Below are positions 27,551 to 35,193 of a stretch of DNA of 36,769 bases, in pieces. Made by a program: the position numbers and the translations under genes. The DNA lies in assembly GCA_027345565.1 (NCBI GenBank), contig DAHWIF010000007.1, forward strand, positions 1 through 36,769. The letters run 5' to 3'. Below the pieces are notes generated by a model. That model worked only from the letters and a program-made list of their open reading frames with translations. It had not been told where the DNA came from and searched no databases. Position 1 is the stretch's first letter. Each line of letters starts with the position of its first letter. The DNA is from Candidatus Micrarchaeota archaeon. GTDB lineage: Archaea; Micrarchaeota; Micrarchaeia; Micrarchaeales; Micrarchaeaceae.

Positions 27551-29245
27551 TCAAACCGCGAAAGCGTTCGCAATCTCGTCCGCACGGAAGACCGAGACCG
27601 CGTCGCTGCCGAACGCGTCCTTGTAGAACTTTGCGGCATTGGCGTTCACGAAAACGATCACGCTGCCGTACTCTTTTGCTCTCGCCGCAAGCATCCTCGA
27701 AGTGCTCTGTGCACTTTTCCTCCCTGTCTCGTACTCTATCGCTGTCTTCTTCCCGTTTATGTATGCGACTACATCCGGACCCATCGAGTTGTTCATAACG
27801 TAGTGCCTTATGCCTAGCTCTGAGAGACGTTCCGATATCTTCCTTACGTGGAGCTCGTGCTCTATGCTCCTAGAAGGGTTCTTTCTCATCACATAGCTCT
27901 TGCCGTTATGCTCCATCGTTTCCACCACACCTTTTTCCACGAGCGCCCGCACAGCTTCATGCCCTATCTCGCGCTCCGCTGTGCCGTAGTCTGTCAGGGT
28001 GGCGAGCCTGTACGATTCCGCATTGTCGACTACGCTTTCCGCTACTCCGATGCGCTCTATGGTTTCGCTGATGCGCCTGGCTGAAGGCGTCTCGACCACG
28101 ACAGGCGTTTTCATGAGCCCGCTCACAACCATCGCCTCGTTCTGCCTCAGGGACCTCAGCTTGCCCCTTACCAAGTCCCTCTCCGCAGGATCGCTGCCGG
28201 ACATGGCGCTCGACACGTACAATATCTCTGACGGATCTCTCGGATAGAATGATATGAGGGTCGACGCATTCGCGAGTATCTGCCTGTCGAGGTTTGCGGT
28301 CACGTGCGTCGCTATTATCACCCCTGCGCCGTACTTCCTCCCCTCCTCGACTATGCTCCTTATCGCGCTGAACTCCCTCTGCGTGCCTAGCAGGAACTGC
28401 GCCTCGTCTATCATCACGAAGATCCTTAGCCCCAGCTCCCGCTCGTTGCCCTTCATGCTCAGGTATATCCTCTTCAGCAGCTCGTGTATGTATATGGTGC
28501 GCGCCTCGCCGCTCTTCAGACCTGCAAGCGAGAACGAGCTTATGCCGGTGGCAAGCCCCTCTACCGACACGGGGTTGCGGGTGAACGCGCCGTTCCTTAG
28601 CAGCGATATCTTCTCGCGCAGGTGCATCAGGGTATTTAGCTCCGCAGCGCCCTTTGCGTTCCTTATGAACACGCTGAGCTCACCCATGAGGTCGTTCATG
28701 TCGGGAGCCCCCTTGCCCTGCCCCTTCTTCCTGTAGGTGTAGTAGAGGCACTGGCTCAGCTTGGTCGCCTGTATGTGGCCTAGCCCGTATACCCTTTTGA
28801 ACAGTGATACGAGCTCCGCTATGCGCTCCTGCATGGACAGTCCGTTCAGCTCAAGTATGTTTATGCCCGAGCTGCGCGCGTCGTGCACCTTTCCATTTAG
28901 CGCCCTAACCAGCCTTTCGTGCTCATTGTGCGCATCGAATACTATGGCGGCTATGCCAATGCGCTTTATGTCCATGAGCATGGACTTGAACAGGGTGCTC
29001 TTGCCGTAGCCGCTCATTCCGACTATTATTATGTGCGGGTTCGGCTCCTTCCTCGGGTCGATCGATATCGTTTTCCTCGCTCTTTTCCACTTGCTGCTGC
29101 GGTAGAGAAGGAGCCTTGGCCCGTTCCTTGCATGCCCGTACGAAACAGCCTTTCCTGAGACAAGAACGAACCTTGCTCTGCCTATCGTCATCGAATGCCT
29201 GTCCTTCTTTCTGAATAATCCAATTATCTTTTTGAGTCCAATCAT
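27551..29245 (-). CDS. HerA/FtsK/VirB4-superfamily (DUF87-like) ATPase fused to a C-terminal PD-(D/E)xK-like nuclease domain
   Basis: NPHIIIVGMSGYGKS (Walker A), IVFDAHNEH, VMIDEAQ (Walker B), EGRKYG (Arg finger); C-terminus SIEHE...GPDVVAYINGKKTAIEYETG. Start set at MIGLKK (29245). Confidence 0.85.
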   Translation of the reverse strand: MIGLKKIIGLFRKKDRHSMTIGRARFVLVSGKAVSYGHARNGPRLLLYRSSKWKRARKTISIDPRKEPNPHIIIVGMSGYGKSTLFKSMLMDIKRIGIAAIVFDAHNEHERLVRALNGKVHDARSSGINILELNGLSMQERIAELVSLFKRVYGLGHIQATKLSQCLYYTYRKKGQGKGAPDMNDLMGELSVFIRNAKGAAELNTLMHLREKISLLRNGAFTRNPVSVEGLATGISSFSLAGLKSGEARTIYIHELLKRIYLSMKGNERELGLRIFVMIDEAQFLLGTQREFSAIRSIVEEGRKYGAGVIIATHVTANLDRQILANASTLISFYPRDPSEILYVSSAMSGSDPAERDLVRGKLRSLRQNEAMVVSGLMKTPVVVETPSARRISETIERIGVAESVVDNAESYRLATLTDYGTAEREIGHEAVRALVEKGVVETMEHNGKSYVMRKNPSRSIEHELHVRKISERLSELGIRHYVMNNSMGPDVVAYINGKKTAIEYETGRKSAQSTSRMLAARAKEYGSVIVFVNANAAKFYKDAFGSDAVSVFRADEIANAFAV

Positions 29246-29307
29246 ATTATCACACATCATCTCGAAAAACATCGCAGTTAAAAACGTTCCTTGCAAAGGA
29301 ATAGCAT

Positions 29308-29428
29308 GCCAGGGTGGCGGAATCTGGTATCGCGCCGGTCTTGAATCTTAGATGTCAAGAGCTGAACTGTGATGCGAAAGAAAACCGGTGCCCGCAAGGG
29401 CTTTAGGGTTCAAATCCCTACCCTGGCG
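29308..29428 (+). tRNA. tRNA-Ser(TGA) with a 37-nt intron (29346-29382) at position 37/38
   Basis: Acceptor stem GCCAGGG/CCCTGGC with G73, D-stem GCG/CGC, anticodon stem CCGGT/ACCGG with loop CT-TGA-A[intron]A, long variable arm GCCC-GCAA-GGGC, T-arm TAGGG-TTCAAAT-CCCTA; CCA not encoded. Confidence 0.92.
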
Positions 29429-29512
29429 AATTCCTCCTTCGATGAAACAATGCACCTTGAGCGTGCGAACCGGAATAAAGCCCTTTTTAAATCCTGCGTG
29501 GAGTAACTTCTG

Positions 29513-30409
29513 ATGCAGCCTTCGATAAAGTTGGGCTACGCTTTCGCGCTGGTAACCAGCATCGCCTATTCGATATGGTACATAGGGGCAGGCGCGCTCC
29601 TCAGGATCGGCGGGCCAGGCGTCTCGCCCCTTTTCCTGCTCTTCGCCATAGAGGCTATATCCGCCTTCCTCGTCTTTCTGGTCGCTGGCGGAAAGATAGG
29701 CGTCGGAAGGCTCTCAGACATAAAGTATCCGATATTATCTGGGCTCTGCTTCGTAGCCGCCAACTACCTGTTCTTTGTGACGATAATAAACAGCGGAGTG
29801 CCTGCGGCGAGCTCGTTCGCATCCGCAGAGATAGTGTTATTCACAGCCCTGCTATGGATCACTACCGGGGGCTATGCCAGACGGTCAACCTATGTCCTTG
29901 GCGCGTTCGTAATAACGATAGGACTCGTATCTGAGAGCCTGGTGGTGCATACCGGTTCGTACGCCCTCAATTTCACCACCATCGGGCTGGGCCTCGGGAT
30001 AGCGACATTTGCGGGGTTGGCCACGTACTTCTATTACAGATCGGTAAGGACCCTGGAGAAAAAGCTTACGACCATGTTCTACATCCAGGGCATACAGGTG
30101 GTCGTTTTCTTCATACTGCTTAACCTGACAAAAGGGGGATACCCCTCGCTCGGCATAAACGTCCTTTTCTGGCCCCTGCTTGTCGGCGTCGGAGCCGCGC
30201 TTTTCCTATCTTTCTACTTCGAGACCGTGATGATGAAGATACTCACGAGGTTCAGGGGAGCCATAGTCGCAACAGGGTACATACTATCGGATTTGCAGCT
30301 GCTCCCCGTGCTTTTCTATTTCCTCGCCGTGGACCCCAGCTCCTGGCAGGTCTATGCGCCTGGTCTTGTGCTCATAACCATAGGCATGGCGCTCCTTGAG
30401 TGGAGGTAA
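29513..30409 (+). CDS. EamA/DMT-family transporter
   Basis: 298 aa, about 10 TM helices in two similar halves (ANYLFFVTI / ATYFYYRSV; GAFVITIG / GLVLITIG). Confidence 0.7.
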   Translation: MQPSIKLGYAFALVTSIAYSIWYIGAGALLRIGGPGVSPLFLLFAIEAISAFLVFLVAGGKIGVGRLSDIKYPILSGLCFVAANYLFFVTIINSGVPAASSFASAEIVLFTALLWITTGGYARRSTYVLGAFVITIGLVSESLVVHTGSYALNFTTIGLGLGIATFAGLATYFYYRSVRTLEKKLTTMFYIQGIQVVVFFILLNLTKGGYPSLGINVLFWPLLVGVGAALFLSFYFETVMMKILTRFRGAIVATGYILSDLQLLPVLFYFLAVDPSSWQVYAPGLVLITIGMALLEWR

Positions 30410-30414
30410 GGCAT

Positions 30415-30490
30415 AAGCCCTGTTTAAAAACTCCGACTGCCCAGAAACCAATAATTCTGTCCAAAAAGCGGGAGTTTACGAACAAGACTC
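30415..30490. repeat. 76-bp element with 20-bp imperfect terminal inverted repeats (MITE/IS-end remnant or hairpin)
   Basis: AAGCCCTGTTTAAAAACTCC (30415-30434) versus the reverse complement of 30471-30490, GAGTCTTGTTCGTAAACTCC: 14/20 identical; inner CAGAA/TTCTG stem. Confidence 0.45.
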
Positions 30491-30541
30491 GAGCCTGCAA
30501 AATCTTAAATATTTGCTATGCGTAGCCTTTGCGGTGGGGCA

Positions 30542-30817
30542 ATGGGAAAAACCGTAGCGCACATGCTGCTCGAAAGGAGGATCGTGGAGGTCCTGCGCGA
30601 GGAACCGTCAGGAATAACGGCGCTGGGACTGCTCGGCAGGCTGGCGGAAAGGTACGGGATGGATTATGTGTCCGATTTCAAGTACAGGGTCCATGCTGAA
30701 AGGAATTTTGCAGCTGTGAACGAAGCCCTCACGGATTTGACCGAGGCTGGCAAGGTGGCCTCCGCATCAAATGGAGTGGAAACCACATATCATCTTCTGA
30801 GGCGCGGCAATGCTTGA
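30542..30817 (+). CDS. Small winged-helix DNA-binding protein
   Basis: RRIVEVLREEPSGITALGL...AVNEALTDLTEAGKV...TYHL wHTH pattern; GGTGGGG SD upstream of ATG 30542. Confidence 0.6.
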   Translation: MGKTVAHMLLERRIVEVLREEPSGITALGLLGRLAERYGMDYVSDFKYRVHAERNFAAVNEALTDLTEAGKVASASNGVETTYHLLRRGNA

Positions 30818-30832
30818 ACCCGATCAAAAGGC

Positions 30833-31357
30833 CTAAAGCCCCGTGAACTCCTTCTTTATCTTGCTCAGCTTTGGCCTTATCACGAAGATGCAGTACGGGT
30901 TTATTGGGTTCTTCTTGTAGAAGTCCTTATGGTAGTCTTCAGCGGGATAGAACGCGCCCAGCCTCTTTACCTCGGTCATGATGTTGCTAGGCAGGCTTTT
31001 TTGGAGATTTGCTATGAAGCGTTCCACCTTGCTCTTCTGCGCAGCGCTCGTATAGAGTATTATTGACCTGTACTGCGTGCCGATGTCGTTGCCCTGCCTG
31101 TTCACCTGCGTAGGGTCGTGCATCTTGAAGAACACCTTGAGTATCTTGCCTAATGGAATAACGCTGGGGTCATACTCGATTTCCAGCACCTCTGCATGGC
31201 CGGTGTTGCCGTTGCACACCTGCTCGTATGTCGGATCCCTTGCGCTGCCGCCCGCATATCCAGGCGTCACCGATACAACGCCCTTGAACATCGAGAACAC
31301 GGCCTCGGTGCACCAGAAACACCCTCCCCCAAGGACTATCTTCTCGGTCTTGGCCAT
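30833..31357 (-). CDS. msrA: Peptide-methionine (S)-S-oxide reductase MsrA
   Basis: GGGCFWCTEA, GYAGG, TGHAEV, HDPT..NRQGNDIGTQYRS, FYPAEDYH and YC; start set at MAKTEK (31357). Confidence 0.96.
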   Translation of the reverse strand: MAKTEKIVLGGGCFWCTEAVFSMFKGVVSVTPGYAGGSARDPTYEQVCNGNTGHAEVLEIEYDPSVIPLGKILKVFFKMHDPTQVNRQGNDIGTQYRSIILYTSAAQKSKVERFIANLQKSLPSNIMTEVKRLGAFYPAEDYHKDFYKKNPINPYCIFVIRPKLSKIKKEFTGL

Positions 31358-31370
31358 CCTCTCATCTGAA

Positions 31371-31835
31371 CTAATACTTCTCTTCTGTGTTGTCAACATC
31401 CGCTATGGCTCCGTCATGGACTACCTCAGTGTGCTTGTCCCGCCTTACCTTGTCGCTGACCCGCTTCCTTGCTGGTATGAAACGCATCGAAAGGGAGTTG
31501 ACACAGTGCCTGACATTTCTCTTCGTCAGCCTCTCCCCGATGAAAACATGGCCGAGGTGTGCACCGCATCTTGAGCACGCTATCTCGACCCTTACACCAT
31601 CAGGGTCGGGCGTCTTCTTCACTGCGCCCCTTATCTCCTGGTCGAACGACGGCCAGCCACAATGAGCGTCGAACTTGCTCTCGGATTTGTACAGGTGCGC
31701 CCCGCATCTCCTGCAGACATACATCCCTTTCTCGAAGAACTGGTCGTATTCGCCTGTGAACGGCATCTCTGTGCCTTTATCGACGATGACAAGCTTCTCC
31801 GCCATGGTTAGCTTCCTGCGCCGCATCGAACCCAT
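31371..31835 (-). CDS. msrB: Peptide-methionine (R)-S-oxide reductase MsrB
   Basis: GTEMPFTG, CRRC and CSRC zinc ligands, KFDAHCGWPSF, HLGHVF and RHCVNS. Confidence 0.96.
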   Translation of the reverse strand: MGSMRRRKLTMAEKLVIVDKGTEMPFTGEYDQFFEKGMYVCRRCGAHLYKSESKFDAHCGWPSFDQEIRGAVKKTPDPDGVRVEIACSRCGAHLGHVFIGERLTKRNVRHCVNSLSMRFIPARKRVSDKVRRDKHTEVVHDGAIADVDNTEEKY

Positions 31836-31877
31836 AATATTTGCGTGAGAAATATTAAATACATACTTTCATGCAAT

Positions 31878-31902
31878 AAAAAGAAAAAGAAAAAAAGAAA
31901 AA
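31878..31902 (-). terminator. Oligo-T terminator on the minus strand
   Basis: AAAAAGAAAAAGAAAAAAAGAAAAA on + (a T-tract on -), directly downstream of the 31909..32196 stop. Confidence 0.6.
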
Positions 31903-31908
31903 CTGTAC

Positions 31909-32196
31909 TTACTTCTGGTACGACTCCTCGTGGTATTCGAGGCCGCTGCTGTCTACATTGCAGATGAACCTGGAGCTGCCACACCCCATTCCTCTCATTC
32001 TTCGGTATAGTTCAGCCCTGTCTGCCATCTCCTTCAACAGCTTTGCTGCCGCATTCGCATTGCGCAGGATCTCCCTTCTCCTGTCCAATGCCTCTTCTTC
32101 GCCAACGAGCTGTACGCCGTACATGCTGTCTACCGATTCCAGGTAGTCCGTTATTGCCGTGTAGAGCTTGCGCTCCTCTGCGTTTATTTGCTCCAT
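31909..32196 (-). CDS. Small hypothetical protein
   Basis: 95-aa helical ORF with GGTG SD and a downstream T-tract terminator. Confidence 0.65.
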   Translation of the reverse strand: MEQINAEERKLYTAITDYLESVDSMYGVQLVGEEEALDRRREILRNANAAAKLLKEMADRAELYRRMRGMGCGSSRFICNVDSSGLEYHEESYQK

Positions 32197-32305
32197 GCAG
32201 GCACCAAAATTCGTTGATCTGCTTGTATTGCGCCGACCGTGCGCTATTTCCTTGCTGGTATATGGAGATTCATCTTTATATACTTTACTATATGTTCATG
32301 CACTA

Positions 32306-32322
32306 AAAGAAAGGTTTTTATA
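32306..32322 (+). promoter_or_regulatory. BRE/TATA promoter of the membrane protein-ATPase operon
   Basis: AAAGAAAGG followed by TTTTTATA (32315-32322); predicted start ~32345, at the first GC-rich hairpin. Confidence 0.55.
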
Positions 32323-32343
32323 TTTTGATATACTTTATTAGAT

Positions 32344-32406
32344 CGCCGCTGCGGGTGTGGGCTGCATGCGGCGCCAAAATTCGGGCCCGCGTGTTCGCGG
32401 GCCTGG
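32344..32406 (+). promoter_or_regulatory. Two tandem GC-rich hairpins, putative structured 5' leader
   Basis: CGCCGCTGCGG/CTGCA(T)GCGGCG (32344-32373) and GGCCCGCG-TGTT-CGCGGGCC (32384-32403), which extends into the GGTG SD at 32405-32408. Confidence 0.5.
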
Positions 32407-32413
32407 TGCTTTC

Positions 32414-32698
32414 ATGCTCTCTGCAAGGGAGTTCTACTCCGCGCGGAAGCGCGGGGATCTCCTTTTCTACGTTGTTGCGCTCGCCGCATCCGCCTTCTTC
32501 GTTGCCGATGGGCTGCTGCGTATGATCGGCTATTCCGGAACTACGATCCCGCTTGCCGCGGTTGCCACTGCCGGCGCGCTGCTTTACTCTTCTGTGGCAT
32601 CTGCGAACGGCAATGGCTTTGCAGTGGCAGGCAGGCTCAAACTTGCAGCGGCTGCCACCGCATTTGTCTCTATACTCGTGCTCGCGCTGGTCCTATGA
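32414..32698 (+). CDS. Small 3-TM membrane protein translationally coupled to the downstream ATPase
   Basis: MLSAREF... (94 aa) with three hydrophobic segments, GGTG SD, and an ATGA stop/start overlap at 32695-32698. Confidence 0.65.
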   Translation: MLSAREFYSARKRGDLLFYVVALAASAFFVADGLLRMIGYSGTTIPLAAVATAGALLYSSVASANGNGFAVAGRLKLAAAATAFVSILVLALVL

Positions 32699-34893
32699 AC
32701 GCCGGGTATTTTGAAGTTGTATCGGTGCCGGACAAGCCCTTCGATAGGGGCCTCTTCCTGGAGACAATAGGCAGGGAGAGCTTCATGATAATATATGAGC
32801 TTGAGAGCAGGTCGTGCCTGCTTGCGCTTGGCCAGAATGCAGCCAACCTGCCTGCTCTGATAAGCGCGGCCGTGCCAGGGCTTGACTTCGTCAATGCCAA
32901 TCGGCCTGCGCCGCAGGGCGCATTCCGCGTCGCCTCATTCTACAGGGGCATCGAGAGCATACCCGAGTCATTCCTATCGGACATTTTCGATATGGGAATG
33001 AAGGGGCTGCTTTGCATCATATTCATACAGCAGGGGGAAGACGAGATAGCCACCTCTAGGGAGTACATCGAGGAGAGGCTTGGCGGCATAAGCGTGGCCA
33101 GGAGCCGTTCGGTGTCGGATTCCGGTCCTGGCAAGCGGACAGGCATGTCGGTCCAGCACAAGGATTTCACAGGGTCTGACGACGCCGCGATGCTTGGCGA
33201 GATGCTTGAATCGCTGAACAGGTCTATCATGGCTAACGGAACTGCATACAAGATCATGTTCGCTGCGTCAAACGATGAAATAATGGGATACATGATGCAG
33301 CGCATGGTGCATCTAGAGTCGCACGTCTTTAAGGGAGACATCGACGGCCTGATAGAGCACGCCGAGAGCTTGAAGGGCCTCTCTTTCGGCGGCGAATTCG
33401 CGCGCAGGTTGATAAACGTATACGGGTCTGCAGGTACGAGCTACACAATCCCTGCGAGGTACATCAGGTCGCACGGGAACATAGCGCTGGGAAGCTTCAT
33501 GAAGGACTCGGTGCATGTGACGGGCGATGTGGTGAAGGTGGACAGCCAGTTGCTGAACCTTGGCTTCATCATAAGCGGGCTGCCTGGCTCTGGAAAGACC
33601 AGGGAGGCGATGGCCGTGCTTGATTCTGTTATGAAGAGCACTGGCGGCACAAAGGTCGTCATAATATCGCCTACTGATGAATGGGGCTCCTTTGCGCTGG
33701 CGCACGGCATGAACCTTGTGAGGATATGCGATGACCGCATACCGGTAAATTTCTTCAGGTGCCCCGAGGGCGCCGACATCCGCAGGTTCTACGAGTCGCT
33801 GGCTATGATACTTTCTTCTGCATCGGCCGCAGGCCCATACAGGAGCCCGATGGAGAAGTGCCTGCTCAACGCCTTCCGGAGAATCTACCAGGGCGGCCGC
33901 GAGCCCGATCCGCTTGCCGTGCATTCAGAGGCGATGGAATCGATAATAAGGATGCATGCGAAGCGTACGAACGCAGGCATAAAGTACACGAAGCACGGGG
34001 AGAACATAAAATCCGCGATGGAGAACCTTGTCGCTGTGCTGCAGATGCCCGAGTATTCGGAACAAAGAGGCATACATATAGAGGAGCTCCTCGACAAGGG
34101 CGTAGTCTTCGACATATCGGGTGCCGGGGTGGAGACGAAGGCGCATTTCTATGCGCTGCTGCTCAACCAGGTGTATTCTATCGCATCTGCGTTCGATTCC
34201 AATGGAGACAACAAGCTGAGGCTTGTGCTCTGCCTCGAGGAGGCGCAGATGGTGCTCAAGGACCAGAAGTCGCCGGTCGTGGAGGACATGCGCTACAGGA
34301 TACAGGACTTCAGGAAGAAGGGCGTCGGGCTTATGCTGCTCGCACACAGCGTATCGGATATAGAGACCGGGATAAGGAGGCTCTGCCAGCTCAAGATGTA
34401 CCTGAAGCAGGCGTCGGACGTTGCAGAGATAGCGGCCGGAGACCTTGTTTTCTCATCTGTAAAGGGCGACGATGTGGCAGCGAAGCTGAAGCATCTCGAT
34501 TCCAGGGTAGGGGCATTGAGCTACATCAGCAGGGAGGGCAGCGAGAAAAGGTCGCGCGATACGGTATTCGTGAGGACTGTGGATTATCCTGACCTCCCTT
34601 CCGTTGCGGCCAACCCCATAACCGAGTATGCAAGGCGCAGGAGAATATCCGCCCCTAGTGCTGTAAGGTGCAACATCATAATAGATGGATCGAGGGGCGA
34701 GGCCGTTGCGGTTCGCATAGTCTACCTTGGTGAAGAGGTATATGAGCATCCAATAGATGTGGTGCCATGCGGCGTTTTCTGTGAACTCATCGAAGGCAGG
34801 AGGTACATGGTAGAGCTGCTCGACCATAGGGGTAGAACGCTGATGAGCGATGTCATTATAGCAAGAGACGTGGTGAGGGTGCGCAACGGATAG
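32695..34893 (+). CDS. HerA/FtsK/VirB4-superfamily ATPase with a ~270-aa N-terminal domain
   Basis: IALG...VKVDSQLLNLGFIISGLPGSGKT (Walker A), IPVNFF, VVFDIS, LCLEEAQ (Walker B), DFRKKGVG (Arg finger). Confidence 0.85.
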   Translation: MNAGYFEVVSVPDKPFDRGLFLETIGRESFMIIYELESRSCLLALGQNAANLPALISAAVPGLDFVNANRPAPQGAFRVASFYRGIESIPESFLSDIFDMGMKGLLCIIFIQQGEDEIATSREYIEERLGGISVARSRSVSDSGPGKRTGMSVQHKDFTGSDDAAMLGEMLESLNRSIMANGTAYKIMFAASNDEIMGYMMQRMVHLESHVFKGDIDGLIEHAESLKGLSFGGEFARRLINVYGSAGTSYTIPARYIRSHGNIALGSFMKDSVHVTGDVVKVDSQLLNLGFIISGLPGSGKTREAMAVLDSVMKSTGGTKVVIISPTDEWGSFALAHGMNLVRICDDRIPVNFFRCPEGADIRRFYESLAMILSSASAAGPYRSPMEKCLLNAFRRIYQGGREPDPLAVHSEAMESIIRMHAKRTNAGIKYTKHGENIKSAMENLVAVLQMPEYSEQRGIHIEELLDKGVVFDISGAGVETKAHFYALLLNQVYSIASAFDSNGDNKLRLVLCLEEAQMVLKDQKSPVVEDMRYRIQDFRKKGVGLMLLAHSVSDIETGIRRLCQLKMYLKQASDVAEIAAGDLVFSSVKGDDVAAKLKHLDSRVGALSYISREGSEKRSRDTVFVRTVDYPDLPSVAANPITEYARRRRISAPSAVRCNIIIDGSRGEAVAVRIVYLGEEVYEHPIDVVPCGVFCELIEGRRYMVELLDHRGRTLMSDVIIARDVVRVRNG

Positions 34894-34953
34894 AGCGCAT
34901 AATAAGTTTTTTTTATATGTTTAAGCATACAAACATATTAGTTGGGTTTTATT

Positions 34954-35193
34954 ATGAAAAGAACAACCGTGCTGCTAGAGAGGGATGTATACGATGGTCT
35001 TGTTAGGGAGAGCCTTCAAGAATACAAAAACACAAAATCGATATCTAAAGTAATGAACAAGCTACTGAAGAGGGCGCTTTCAAACAAAGGGAGGCTTACA
35101 GGGCTCCTGCACTCAAAGAAAGTCGCTTACATCAGTCAAAAGGATTTTGAGAAGTTCAGGAGGGACCTGTCACGTTCGATGATAGAGCGATAG
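34954..35193 (+). CDS. VapB-like antitoxin (ribbon-helix-helix)
   Basis: MKRTTVLLERDVYDGLV...SISKVMNKLLKRAL RHH pattern, directly upstream of a PIN-domain gene. Confidence 0.75.
   Translation: MKRTTVLLERDVYDGLVRESLQEYKNTKSISKVMNKLLKRALSNKGRLTGLLHSKKVAYISQKDFEKFRRDLSRSMIER

Noticed and set aside
29287-29301. Palindrome TTCCTT-GCA-AAGGAA between the tRNA TATA box and the tRNA start
   Set aside because: A single 6-bp inverted repeat with no second copy seen; could be an operator but cannot be told from chance.
29308-29428. tRNA as a selenocysteine/opal suppressor, or as the att site of an integrated element
   Set aside because: Anticodon 5'-TGA-3' reads UCA (Ser), not UGA, and the 7-bp acceptor stem is standard. 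No duplicate of the tRNA 3' end and no integrase were seen in the window.
33313-34827. Alternative-frame ORFs inside the second ATPase (e.g. 33759-34592, 277 aa)
   Set aside because: Arg/Gly-rich off-frame or antisense products of a GC-rich coding region, with no motifs.
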